Shown here: positions 47,060 through 56,235 of the stretch, in pieces | How the letters are laid out: each line of letters begins with the position of its first letter | How positions within the stretch are numbered: position 1 is the first letter of the stretch | IMG/VR virus record: IMGVR_UViG_3300022220_000004 | Span: 770-64,769 of that record | DNA: 64,000 nucleotides | DNA from: a virus | Taxonomy: Duplodnaviria; Caudoviricetes | Reading direction: 5' to 3' (one strand) | Program-made: the position numbers and the translations under genes | The notes under the pieces: model-generated | The model's input: the letters and a program-made list of their open reading frames with translations, nothing else | Database searches by the model: none | What the model was told of the DNA's origin: nothing

Positions 47060-47718
47060 TTCTCTTCCCCTCCTTCCTCAGTTTCTGATGTTTGTTTGAT
47101 AAGTCCATAGACAGGGTACATGCCTGTGCTACCCCGCTTGTTGGCCGCAATGCAAAACCTGTCGCTGGTCTTGGCCAGCTTGCGGATCATGTAGGCGCTA
47201 CTACTCGATACCCGGCTGAGCGGTCCTATGCTGAGTATCCCGTACTTTGTGAGAGCGGCCACAATCCTTTCGTGTGGCGTCTTACCTTTGACAGGTAGCG
47301 CCATAAACCATACGGTGCCGCCAGGGTCAGCCACCAGTTCGCCCTGCCTCATCTGTTCCATGGCGCCCTGTGCCTTGTCGCCAAACGCCTGTTCTACGAA
47401 CATGGCCTGGGTGGTCCCGCCGTACATTGTGAACGTGCCCCCAGGCGTCCTAGAGTACACCATTGCATCCACTTCGTGGTACCTCCCTCTCTTGACTTGC
47501 CGGCAACCGCTCACGCTTTCATCGTGCTGCCACAGGTAGTCACTGCAGCGCCGGTTCGTTTTCTCTGGCCCGAGTATGGCCATGTCCTCTATATGTGTAC
47601 CCTTCCTTGGCGCCGTGCATCGCCCCGTGCCCGGCTCACACTCTGGCAGAGGCCCGACGTTGTAGTGACAGGTGTCGCAGTCCCAGTGGTGCCACATCTT
47701 CCGACGCATCTTAGCCAT
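47035..47718 (-). CDS. hypothetical protein
   Basis: Cys-rich N-terminus, possible C-terminal wHTH. Confidence 0.5.
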   Translation of the reverse strand: MAKMRRKMWHHWDCDTCHYNVGPLPECEPGTGRCTAPRKGTHIEDMAILGPEKTNRRCSDYLWQHDESVSGCRQVKRGRYHEVDAMVYSRTPGGTFTMYGGTTQAMFVEQAFGDKAQGAMEQMRQGELVADPGGTVWFMALPVKGKTPHERIVAALTKYGILSIGPLSRVSSSSAYMIRKLAKTSDRFCIAANKRGSTGMYPVYGLIKQTSETEEGGEEKWRQTGLF

Positions 47719-48211
47719 CTCTAAGCCTCCCTATCGCCGCCCTCATCGCACCGATCATACCGTGCTCGCGCACCATACCCCTGGAGATATTGAGCGCCCT
47801 CAGGGCCAGCCAGTCCTTGTTGACCGTCTTGATCCGCACATGGGCCATAGCCGTGCCAGTTGGTGACCAGCTGCGGATCATGTACATCTCATCTATCCAG
47901 GCGTCATTCCTAAAGACGGTGCCCTGCATCCCATCTATGATGCCCTTTAGTTCGTTGTCGGCGTCTACGTTGTTGTAGTTCCTCACCCCGGTGAGCAGGC
48001 GCACTTCCATGACCAGATGCGTGCGTTCGGGCAACATCTCCCACCCATGCTCAGCCATCTGGAGTTTCAGATCTGTGCGCAGTTCGTCCCGGCTAGCAAG
48101 GTACGCTTTCCAGCGCTTGTCCACCCACTGTTGCCGGCGTGTCGTCCTCGTGTATGGATGAGGACGATGGTTGATCACGAATGTCATTTCCCACTTGGTA
48201 CCCTTTGGCAT
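47711..48211 (-). CDS. rusA: RusA-like Holliday junction resolvase
   Basis: DADNELKGIIDGM...NDAWI (DxDN..K...D) motif. Confidence 0.8.
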   Translation of the reverse strand: MPKGTKWEMTFVINHRPHPYTRTTRRQQWVDKRWKAYLASRDELRTDLKLQMAEHGWEMLPERTHLVMEVRLLTGVRNYNNVDADNELKGIIDGMQGTVFRNDAWIDEMYMIRSWSPTGTAMAHVRIKTVNKDWLALRALNISRGMVREHGMIGAMRAAIGRLRDG

Positions 48212-48701
48212 TTAGCACCCCCACGGCTATAAGGTGATCTCTCAGGGTGCAGCTGGCCCTCTTAGGCCGACTGCCCGTGAAAGGCGCATCCCAACAAACC
48301 ACGACGTTGGGACACTTTGGCGTGCAGGCCCTCACGGACCCGCTGGCGTGGAACAGCAGTAATCGCTTTAGTTCCTTGCTGTATCCCTCTCCGATGGCGT
48401 GTACCGCAGACAGATCCAGTGGCGGCAGCGCCTTTTCCTTCTTCTTCTTTCCCACCGACTGGTAGGCGCCGCCCCGCTTGTTCAGCGGTATGTCATGGAT
48501 CACCAGCACCGCTTTGACACGATTGTCTGTCAGCCCAACCATCTTGGCCAGCTTGCGCATCCCACGGGCTTGCTTGTAGGCTGCAGCCAGCTTGTCCCTG
48601 TCCAGTACTGTGTCCCAGTCAACTTCCCACTTCCACTTGATTGTCAGGCGTAGAGCGTCCCTAATCTCTCGTTCTGTTTCCATGTTACATCTGGCCATCA
48701 T
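48093..48701 (-). CDS. HTH-containing hypothetical protein
   Basis: GMRKLAKMVGLTDNRVKAVL; SD GGGGG before ATG 48701. Confidence 0.5.
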   Translation of the reverse strand: MMARCNMETEREIRDALRLTIKWKWEVDWDTVLDRDKLAAAYKQARGMRKLAKMVGLTDNRVKAVLVIHDIPLNKRGGAYQSVGKKKKEKALPPLDLSAVHAIGEGYSKELKRLLLFHASGSVRACTPKCPNVVVCWDAPFTGSRPKRASCTLRDHLIAVGVLNAKGYQVGNDIRDQPSSSSIHEDDTPATVGGQALESVPC

Positions 48702-48730
48702 ATCCCCCTTCTGGCGATGTTGTTGCACGG

Positions 48731-48766
48731 GAAAAACGGCCCGTGGCGGGGATCGCCACAGGCCGC
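48731..48766 (-). terminator. intrinsic terminator
   Basis: CGGCCTGTGGCG...CGCCACGGGCCG-TTTTT on the minus strand. Confidence 0.65.
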
Positions 48767-48773
48767 TTGGTCG

Positions 48774-48965
48774 CTACGCTGTTGCCCTTACCCTTTCACC
48801 CCCTTCCCGCCCATGTTCCGGCTTGTATTTGATCTCGCTCTCGCCAAGTCCAACCAGGAACTCTACAGCAGCTTCGCAACCTTCCCCTTGGAAGCCCTGT
48901 GCATCCAACTCGAACTTGCCGTCTACGATCTTGAAGTCTACCACCCTGGCCCGTGTGTCGCTCAT
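48774..48965 (-). CDS. DUF2997-like protein
   Basis: F.I.DG.....GFQG.GC......LG......PE pattern, 63 aa. Confidence 0.65.
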   Translation of the reverse strand: MSDTRARVVDFKIVDGKFELDAQGFQGEGCEAAVEFLVGLGESEIKYKPEHGREGGERVRATA

Positions 48966-49432
48966 CTCGCCAGCCCCCTTCTCGCAGGCACAGCTGCCAT
49001 GGTAGGAACAGAGGGGATCACCCTGCCGGTGATGTGCCCTGTGTCACGGTCCAGGTCATACTCGAAAGAGAAGCCTCTTGGCAGCGCTCGCTGTGCCAAC
49101 TTGGCCGCATAGAGGTTCTGTACCGCCTGCCAGTTGGCCGGCGCATTCCCGTGGGCAATGTCGATCTCTGCCCTGTAGCCGCCCTCTGCGTTCTGCACGA
49201 ACGCCGTGTCACCACAGTACCTTCGTGGCGTGGTGTCCAGCCCGCCGTTCAGCCGGCCGATCACCAGGGTAGCATCGTTGCCCCTGGCCTGGTTCGCTCT
49301 CCGCCACTTGTGGTATGCCAGCTGGCCGTTGGGATCGTACACGTAGTCCAGCCCCAGTTCGTCCAGCACCTGGCACAGTAGCGACATGTCTGTTATCTCT
49401 GTCTGTACTTGCCCGTAGATACTCACGTCCAT
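48962..49432 (-). CDS. DUF1257/Ycf35-like protein
   Basis: VQTEITD..LL.QVLDELG...GDTAF.....G.Y...D...LYA pattern. Confidence 0.6.
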   Translation of the reverse strand: MDVSIYGQVQTEITDMSLLCQVLDELGLDYVYDPNGQLAYHKWRRANQARGNDATLVIGRLNGGLDTTPRRYCGDTAFVQNAEGGYRAEIDIAHGNAPANWQAVQNLYAAKLAQRALPRGFSFEYDLDRDTGHITGRVIPSVPTMAAVPARRGLAR

Positions 49433-49459
49433 CCCCCTTTGATTCGATTTGTCCTACAT

Positions 49460-49493
49460 AGGAATAACGCCTGACAGCTTGTAAAACTGTCAG
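49460..49493 (-). repeat. cassette repeat copy 1
   Basis: + strand AGGAATAACGCCTGACAGCTTGTAAAACTGTCAG. Confidence 0.95.
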
Positions 49494-49535
49494 ACTCCTG
49501 GCGGGGTGACCGCAGCCGGCCACCCCGCCGATAGT

Positions 49536-51263
49536 TTACACATCCAGGATCTCTTCCTCATTGGTGGTGTCCCTGTCGGGAACCGCCGATGACGTTTCAG
49601 ATGCCCACCGTCGTGCGTCGGCACGCATCTGATCGATGGAAGAGGCAGTGCGAGCGCTCATCTTGACCCGGCGCTCGATCTCGTTGGCCAGGTCTGAGAA
49701 GGTCATGTCACGGCCTTCCCCCCAGGCGAACCGATGCGCAGCCTCTATACCTTGCTCGATGCCCCGAGGATTCAGGCTACCCTTCACCGTGGAGGCGGCG
49801 AGTTCCCGCATCTGGCTCATGTTGCCAGTGAGGATGTCGCCAAGGTCACGCTTGCCCAGGTGGATCTCAAAGACTGCCAGGGCCTCTGTTGCGTTCCTGG
49901 GCAGGTCTACGAACCACCTGTCTTCAAACCGATCCCGGAGAGGATCGGGCAGGCGTCCAGGGTGGTTGGTGGTCGCAGCCACGATCACCATGCTCTTGCG
50001 TTCCTGCATCCAGGATAGCAGCATCTGCTGTGTCTCGTTGCTGACCTCGTGCTGGCCCTCACTGTCCGATACCAGTAGGTCGATTTCGTCCAGCCAGAGC
50101 ACGCAGGTGTTGATCGCGTCCGCAGCGTCCAGGACACCACGGATGTTGGCCGCTGTCTCACCAAGCCATTTCGATTTCGATTCTGCCACTGACCAGCGCA
50201 GGATGGGCAGCAGTCCGCCACCGATGGTCTTGCACGCCAGTGACTTGCCAGTGCCGGCAGGTCCAGCAAACAAGATGGCCCGAGGCGGGCGCACCTTGGC
50301 GTCCAGCGCAGCCTGGCTCAGCAACTTGGGGTAGTGCCTGACAGCTGCCTTGAGAAGGTCCAGGCCGGCCACGTCGGTGATCGGTTCAGGCTCGATCAAC
50401 TCTATGCCCTGCTGCTTCTTCAAGATTGCAGCTTTCATGCTGGATACCAGCGGCCCGCACTTCTCTACCGACAGTTCCCTGGCTTCCACTATGGCCTGGC
50501 GGAGTACAAACCCCGCCTGTGTCCATGAGAGAGCCGCAAGGGCCTGCGCCAGGATCTCAGCGCCGCCGTTCTGGATCTCTTCACTGACCGGGATGCTCAC
50601 CCGTTCCGCCGTGGTCTGCACCATCCCGACCAGTTCCTGCACGTCGGGCAGTGGCCACTTGATAGTCACGATCTCTTTTTCGCTGTCACCAAGGGCGCTC
50701 AGATCCGGCGCCGTGATCACGGCGTAGCTCTTTGTTTTGAGCAGCCCATAGAACAGGTCCCGCACCGCCCTGATCGACAGTGCGTCACCCTTTGCGTCAC
50801 CACCACCACCAAGGAACCGGTGCAGATCGTGCATGATGAGTACACTGGCGTGGTCCACCATGGCCGGCCCTGTCTCATCTGCCTGTGCCCATGCTACAAA
50901 GTCCGCCACTGCCGCAAAGGGCTGGTTGGTTGCCTGCAGCGTTTCCAGATGGGCCTCTGCCTCTGAGTACCGGCGTTCAAGTTTCTCCGACAGCGGTGCA
51001 ACCATGCCCCCCTTGTCCAGGAACTTGGGGCGCAAGATCTCCAGCCCGCCGGTGAGAGTCCAGCGCCACACGATCCGCTCTGGCGCCGCCTCTTTGTTCG
51101 ACCCTGCGCCGCTCGCAAGGCTCATCATTGGACTTGCCGAGATTGCCCGGATGTACTTCAAGATCCGTGCCTCTTCCGTGGTTTCGATCCCGATGACCGG
51201 GATGCGTGCCCGGATTGCCGTGTCAAACTGCTGTAGTGCCTTTTCCGTTGCCGTCATCTTCAT
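49536..51263 (-). CDS. Ycf46-like AAA+ ATPase (degenerate N-terminal module plus active AAA module)
   Basis: IETTEEAR, DLHRFL, PLPD, GPAGTGKS, VLWLDEID, ATTN, DRFE..WFVDLP. Confidence 0.85.
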   Translation of the reverse strand: MKMTATEKALQQFDTAIRARIPVIGIETTEEARILKYIRAISASPMMSLASGAGSNKEAAPERIVWRWTLTGGLEILRPKFLDKGGMVAPLSEKLERRYSEAEAHLETLQATNQPFAAVADFVAWAQADETGPAMVDHASVLIMHDLHRFLGGGGDAKGDALSIRAVRDLFYGLLKTKSYAVITAPDLSALGDSEKEIVTIKWPLPDVQELVGMVQTTAERVSIPVSEEIQNGGAEILAQALAALSWTQAGFVLRQAIVEARELSVEKCGPLVSSMKAAILKKQQGIELIEPEPITDVAGLDLLKAAVRHYPKLLSQAALDAKVRPPRAILFAGPAGTGKSLACKTIGGGLLPILRWSVAESKSKWLGETAANIRGVLDAADAINTCVLWLDEIDLLVSDSEGQHEVSNETQQMLLSWMQERKSMVIVAATTNHPGRLPDPLRDRFEDRWFVDLPRNATEALAVFEIHLGKRDLGDILTGNMSQMRELAASTVKGSLNPRGIEQGIEAAHRFAWGEGRDMTFSDLANEIERRVKMSARTASSIDQMRADARRWASETSSAVPDRDTTNEEEILDV

Positions 51264-51297
51264 TTGCTTCCCCCTATGAGATTGGTTTTTGTTTCAC

Positions 51298-51336
51298 AGG
51301 AATAACGCCCGACAGCCTGTAAAACTGTCAGGCGTT
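51298..51336 (-). repeat. cassette repeat copy 2
   Basis: AGGAATAACGCCCGACAGCCTGTAAAACTGTCAGGCGTT. Confidence 0.95.
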
Positions 51337-51345
51337 TTTCCAAGT

Positions 51346-51804
51346 TCACAAGTCCACATCCCATGCCTCTGGCACTTCTGGCTCTGTGCTGGCGTAGACC
51401 GGATTGGCCAAGTCGTAGTAGTTCTGGCTGGTGACCACGGTCTGCAGGTCGGTGTCCGAGTAGCGGCCCGTGACTACATAGGTCGCAAGTGCCCCTTTCA
51501 TGTAGGAGAAGGCAACTGGCACATGATTGCCGTCGGGCACCTGCGACAGCAGTTCATGAAGTGCTGCCTGCAGGTGCGCCGGCGCCTTGTCCAGATCCTC
51601 TATCCGTAGGAACTTTGCCTCTGGCGTAGCCTCTGGCGTGTATACGACTATGCCAGGCCCGAGATCGCCCGACATGTCAGAGAAGAGGGTGAAGATAGAG
51701 TCAAACGCACGCCGCACGTTTGCAACCTCTCCGCTTGCATGCTCATGCCCAAGCGGGTGCGTGTTTCGCTTTGTCCTACTTGTTCCCTGGCTCATAGTCA
51801 TCAC
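51346..51804 (-). CDS. hypothetical protein
   Basis: abuts the upstream gene's stop; ends at repeat copy 2. Confidence 0.55.
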   Translation of the reverse strand: MMTMSQGTSRTKRNTHPLGHEHASGEVANVRRAFDSIFTLFSDMSGDLGPGIVVYTPEATPEAKFLRIEDLDKAPAHLQAALHELLSQVPDGNHVPVAFSYMKGALATYVVTGRYSDTDLQTVVTSQNYYDLANPVYASTEPEVPEAWDVDL

Positions 51805-53097
51805 CTATAGGTCCATCATGGAGAGTTCGTCCATCTCCAGGTTAGCTGCCACGGTAGCAGCGTCGGTCAGCGATGTTGCTACCGCACTGCGGATAGAGGA
51901 AAGCACGGCGTCCGTATCATACGACTTGCCGCTGCCCTCTGTCCTGCTTTCCACTGTAGCTGACAGCTTTTCCAGTTGCTTGGCCATCTCGCTGTCAGAA
52001 GTGATGTTCATGAGATTGAACCACTCCGCCAGGTTGCGGATGGCTGCTGCTTCCTTGCCGTGTACCCACCCACGCTTGGCGATGTTGCTCTGCAGCTTTG
52101 ACAGCGTGGCGTAGATCTTGTCACGGTTCTCTTTGACGATCTCCAGCAGGGGGTTGACAGTATCGGCAACCGCCTTGCGAGCGATCTCTACCTGTGCGGC
52201 CCGGATGGCCCGCATGGCCTCTTCCTCTTCAAACTGTACCACCCGCAACTGGGCGGCAACCTGTTCCTCAGTCAGGCGCTGTTCCTCTTTGGCCGCAGCG
52301 GCATCAGCCTCTGCCTTTTCCATCTGAGCTTTGCGATCCCGTGCCCACGTGTCCCGTTCCAACCGCTCTTTTTCCGCTTCGTCCCGGCGAGTTGCCGACA
52401 GGCGCTGTGCCCGTAGCATCTCTGCCTGGTACTCCGACTCCAGCAGGAAGGTTGCCGGCGGTTTCAGGGTCACGTTCAGTTCCGCCAGTATACGTGCCTT
52501 GGTCGGGAACCGTGCCAGTGCGTCCGCTACTACCGCATTCACAAAGGCGTCCAGTTCGTAGCTGCCTTGCAGGGCAGGAGTCCGGCCCCAGGTGTCCTTG
52601 GCGTGGTCCGTGAAGTCCGCCCGGCAGTCGAGCTTGATCTGGTCATAGTTGTCCAGGACCCATTTCTTGTACTGTTCCCACTCTTTGACTAGCGCCTGGT
52701 GCCGTTCGTGCCAGCGCATGAAGGCGCTGTACGGCACGTACCTGTAACCAGGGAAGATGCTGATCCCCTGGCTGTAGTCCAGTAGGTTCTGGCGAATCCG
52801 CTGTGCGATGCTCTGCAGCCTGGTGTTTGATAACAAATTCTTGCGCCCAGGCCGGATGCGCTTGGTGATCCGCCGGCTGTCGCCCTTGGTCACCCCGAGA
52901 TCCAGGTTCCAACTGATCCGTGCGTCGAACATTGTAAGCCCGGTGATGTCCAGGTCCAGCAACATGCCGGACTCTCGTAGTGCCTTGGCGTTGGCGTAGA
53001 AGACTTCCACATCGCCGTCAAAGCCCATCTCATACAGATTGCTCAGTGCCCGCTGCCTGACCTGTTCGTGGGTCAGTTCCATCAGATTGTCAGTCAT
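51805..53097 (-). CDS. DUF3150-like coiled-coil protein
   Basis: LLDLDITG...G.K.LL...PGYRYVP N-terminal pattern and long helical C-terminus; family call tentative. Confidence 0.55.
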   Translation of the reverse strand: MTDNLMELTHEQVRQRALSNLYEMGFDGDVEVFYANAKALRESGMLLDLDITGLTMFDARISWNLDLGVTKGDSRRITKRIRPGRKNLLSNTRLQSIAQRIRQNLLDYSQGISIFPGYRYVPYSAFMRWHERHQALVKEWEQYKKWVLDNYDQIKLDCRADFTDHAKDTWGRTPALQGSYELDAFVNAVVADALARFPTKARILAELNVTLKPPATFLLESEYQAEMLRAQRLSATRRDEAEKERLERDTWARDRKAQMEKAEADAAAAKEEQRLTEEQVAAQLRVVQFEEEEAMRAIRAAQVEIARKAVADTVNPLLEIVKENRDKIYATLSKLQSNIAKRGWVHGKEAAAIRNLAEWFNLMNITSDSEMAKQLEKLSATVESRTEGSGKSYDTDAVLSSIRSAVATSLTDAATVAANLEMDELSMMDL

Positions 53098-53171
53098 GCC
53101 GCTGTCCCCTTTCCGCTATCTCTAGCGCTCGCTATCCCTAGCGTTTGTGATTTAAGTCCAGTGTGTCTCAC

Positions 53172-53217
53172 AGGAATAACGCTTGGGCGGTTGTAAAACT
53201 GTCACAACCGCCCAAGG
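53172..53217 (-). repeat. cassette repeat copy 3 (variant with a rebuilt stem)
   Basis: AGGAATAACGCTTGGGCGGTTGTAAAACTGTCACAACCGCCCAAGG. Confidence 0.85.
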
Positions 53218-53234
53218 ATTTGGGGATCTTTTGA

Positions 53235-53771
53235 CTAGCCGGCCGCTTTGGCCAGCCCGATGAATGCCGCCAGGGCATCTGCCGTACCTGTCATCCACTC
53301 CAGCCATAGCTCTGTGCCGATCTCTTTGAAGTGTAGGGCATAATCCTCTGCGCCATCTGAGATCATGCCGCTGCCTACCATCTTGACCCGGATCTGGTTG
53401 GCCAGGTCCACGTGGGCCAGGGTCATCACACGAGTAGGTTCCAGCATGCGAGTAGAGGCATTGATCAGCTGGAGATATGCGGCGCCGGCGTACTCTGCAC
53501 GCCTCAGTCTGCAGATCCAGACGATTGCCCGATCTGCCATGATGGACAGCCCGCCGTTCATTGGCACCGGCCAGGCGTAGTATTGATAAAACTGACTGCC
53601 CCGGTGCCACTCCTGGTGGATGTCCAGCAGGGCGCAAGCGGCCAGGCACTCTGCCATCCACTCAGGCCCGCCCACACTGTCAAGGCGTTCGCCGGCCACG
53701 CCGCCTTCCTTCAAGAGCCAGGTGTGCTTGCACCCTGGCACCAGCGCCTTGGTTCTCAGGATCTTATTCAT
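53235..53771 (-). CDS. hypothetical protein
   Basis: coupled ORF. Confidence 0.55.
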   Translation of the reverse strand: MNKILRTKALVPGCKHTWLLKEGGVAGERLDSVGGPEWMAECLAACALLDIHQEWHRGSQFYQYYAWPVPMNGGLSIMADRAIVWICRLRRAEYAGAAYLQLINASTRMLEPTRVMTLAHVDLANQIRVKMVGSGMISDGAEDYALHFKEIGTELWLEWMTGTADALAAFIGLAKAAG

Positions 53772-54111
53772 CTTGTGGCGCCAAGTCCGGGTGCTTCTTG
53801 AGTACCCGGTGATAGTTCCTGGAAACAGTCTTGTAGTTCGGTACGCTCTTGTGTTCCCCGGCGATCACGTCCAGGATCTCTTCTACATCGCCGCGCCGGA
53901 TCATGTGGTCAAACCCGTAGAACTCTTGCCAGACCTCTGCCACGGTGCGGCCCACGTTTCCCCTGCAGCGCTTATCAGTCTCCAGGACAAACTTGACCTG
54001 TGCAAAGGTGGTAGAGATTGCAGGGCGCACATCATCTTCCCCGAACATGTCACCCTGTATCACGGTCATACGTCTATCAGTCACTACCCTTCCCCCTTTC
54101 TGCTTGGCCAC
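53764..54111 (-). CDS. hypothetical protein (start uncertain)
   Basis: coupled ORF. Confidence 0.5.
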   Translation of the reverse strand: MAKQKGGRVVTDRRMTVIQGDMFGEDDVRPAISTTFAQVKFVLETDKRCRGNVGRTVAEVWQEFYGFDHMIRRGDVEEILDVIAGEHKSVPNYKTVSRNYHRVLKKHPDLAPQDE

Positions 54112-54760
54112 ACAGCGGCGCCTCAGTCACGGTGCCGATGCCAGCCACGTTGACTTCTTCCAGCCAGCCGCCGGCCATGGTCACCTGCCCATCCAGGATG
54201 GTGAACAGGGCGGCGCTGTCCCAGTCTTCCAGGACTAGCTGGCCACTCTCCAGGCTTTCCTTCACCCGGATCACACGTTGGTTGCTAGAGCCAACGTACT
54301 GCCTCTTGTCGTCGTCCAGTTCTGCAATGTACGGCCCATCCACCAGGACATCGATCTGTTGCATGGCCAGACGTTCCGTGGCCGTCTTCCTGCCGGATGC
54401 TTGCAGTAACTCCCATGTGTACCCCGTGTAGACTATCACGTGGGCATCAGGATCGTGCGCCCGCAGGCTAGAGAGCATGAGTGCCAGCGCCAGCGGCTGA
54501 TCAAAAGGCTCGCCGCCGGTGACGGTGTACAGATGATTGCCCGCCGCACTGCTAAGCACGTTCACGATTCTAAGCATGTGCCCAAGCGCTACCACGTCCA
54601 GGCTGTTGCCGCCGGCCGGGTCCTGCAGGGCCTCGTTCTGGCATCCAGGGCACCTGTTGCGGCATCCCTGGAACCAGATTGTAGTTCGCACGCCGGGACC
54701 GTCCACCGTGGACGCATCTGCGATACGTGCGATGTTTCCGACTAAGTTGCCCATGTCCAA
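54077..54760 (-). CDS. radical SAM protein, NrdG/anaerobic RNR-activase-like
   Basis: DGPGVR..IWFQGC, CxxxCxxC (CRNRCPGC), TGGEPFDQ, YTGY, DVLVDGPY, GSSNQR. Confidence 0.88.
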   Translation of the reverse strand: MDMGNLVGNIARIADASTVDGPGVRTTIWFQGCRNRCPGCQNEALQDPAGGNSLDVVALGHMLRIVNVLSSAAGNHLYTVTGGEPFDQPLALALMLSSLRAHDPDAHVIVYTGYTWELLQASGRKTATERLAMQQIDVLVDGPYIAELDDDKRQYVGSSNQRVIRVKESLESGQLVLEDWDSAALFTILDGQVTMAGGWLEEVNVAGIGTVTEAPLCGQAERGKGSD

Positions 54761-54781
54761 TACCTCCCCTTCTCTGATTGT

Positions 54782-54825
54782 AGGAATAACGCCCGACAGC
54801 TTGTAAAACTGTCAGGCGTTATTCC
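54782..54825 (-). repeat. cassette repeat copy 4 (extended palindrome)
   Basis: GGAATAACGCCCGACAG-CTTGTAAAA-CTGTCAGGCGTTATTCC. Confidence 0.95.
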
Positions 54826-54828
54826 AAC

Positions 54829-56235
54829 TCAGTCCACGTTCTCCAGGTACTCATCGAGTGGCATGCGGTGCTGCAGCCCACCATCCAGGTTGGTCAGCTT
54901 GGTGGACACGACCTGGCCACTGTGCGCACGGAAGTGCAGTATACTCGTGCCGGTTGGCCCGTTCCGATGCTTGGCGGTGATCCACTCCATTTGCCCCTTG
55001 ACCTCCGTTGCCTCTGGCTCATACATCTCCTGCCGGAAGAGGAAGGCCACGACATCGGCGTCTTGCTCTAGTGCACCGGACTCTCGTAGATCCGACAGCA
55101 TAGGCCGCTTGTCCACCCTGGTTTCCACTCCACGGCTCAGCTGTGACAGCGCCAGCAGTGGCACGTTCAGCTGCCTGGCCAGCAGCTTTAGGCTACGGCT
55201 TATATCGTCCACCTGCTCGCGCCGATTCTTGCGATCATCGTCGGCCGTCATCAGCTGCAGGTAGTCGATGCACAGTAGGTCAAGGCCGTGTTCTGCCTGC
55301 TGCCTGTGGGCAATCGCCCGGATCTGTGATGGCTTGTACGCACCGGCATAGGCCACGCAGATGGGCAGCTGTTCGATCCTGCCCATGGCGTCTATCAGGC
55401 GCGGCCAGTCGTTGCCCTCCAGCTTTCCCTGTCGCAGCTTGTGGATTGACAGCCCGCTCTCGATGCAGGCTAGGCGCTGCGACAGCTGCAGCGCACTCAT
55501 CTCCAGGCTTATGATCAGGGTGTGCTTGCCCGCCTTGCCTGCAGCGAGCGCTATGTTCAGCATGGCGGCTGTCTTCCCAACTGCCGGCCGTGCGGCCAGG
55601 TAGATCACGTCAGAGTTGTGCATACCGCCCAGGATCTTGTCAACGTCCACCAGGCCAGTTGAGATGCCGGCCAGGCCCTGCCGCTTGCTGACTAGCTCTA
55701 CCTCTTCATACAGTTCGGACATCAGTTTGCTACTGTCCGCCAGGCCGTCATCACCCTTGCTGGTGGTCGCAGTGTAGAAATTTGTTTCCACCTTTGACAG
55801 CACGTCTTCCAGGTCCGTGGCTTCGTCGCATGCGTCTATGGCGATGCGTTCCGCCAGGTCCAGCAGGGTGCGGCGCCTAGCAGCTGCCGACACGATGTCA
55901 GCATAGTGCTGCAGGTGCACACTTGTCGGCGTGCGGTCCTGGAGTTCCATCAGATACCCTACGCCGGTGTGACCGTCGGCCGAGATCTTGTTCAGGTACC
56001 CCTTGCTTTCCAGGTAGTCTGATACGGTCAGTAGGTCGATGGCCGTCTGGCTCTGGTATAGCCTCAGGATGGCGGTGTAGATCCAGCGGTGACTCTCGCG
56101 CCAGAAGTCGTGCGGGTCCAGCCCAAGAGATACAGATCTGATCCCGTGAGGATCGATCATTAGGGCGCCCAGTACGGCTTGTTCCGCATCCAGGTTGACT
56201 GGTAGTCCCTTCCTTGGTTTAGGTTGGCCAGCCAT
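54829..56235 (-). CDS. dnaB: replicative DNA helicase
   Basis: AEQAVLGA, ARPAVGKT, SLEMS, IDYLQL, LSQLSR, DLRESGALEQDAD, KHRNGPTG. Confidence 0.95.
   Translation of the reverse strand: MAGQPKPRKGLPVNLDAEQAVLGALMIDPHGIRSVSLGLDPHDFWRESHRWIYTAILRLYQSQTAIDLLTVSDYLESKGYLNKISADGHTGVGYLMELQDRTPTSVHLQHYADIVSAAARRRTLLDLAERIAIDACDEATDLEDVLSKVETNFYTATTSKGDDGLADSSKLMSELYEEVELVSKRQGLAGISTGLVDVDKILGGMHNSDVIYLAARPAVGKTAAMLNIALAAGKAGKHTLIISLEMSALQLSQRLACIESGLSIHKLRQGKLEGNDWPRLIDAMGRIEQLPICVAYAGAYKPSQIRAIAHRQQAEHGLDLLCIDYLQLMTADDDRKNRREQVDDISRSLKLLARQLNVPLLALSQLSRGVETRVDKRPMLSDLRESGALEQDADVVAFLFRQEMYEPEATEVKGQMEWITAKHRNGPTGTSILHFRAHSGQVVSTKLTNLDGGLQHRMPLDEYLENVD

Noticed and set aside
53114-53143. Short tandem CGCTATCYCTAGCG duplication in a leader
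   Set aside because: Only two copies and not seen elsewhere; cannot be assigned a function.
54077-54760. Anaerobic ribonucleotide reductase operon
   Set aside because: Only the activase-like gene is present; there is no nrdD in the window.
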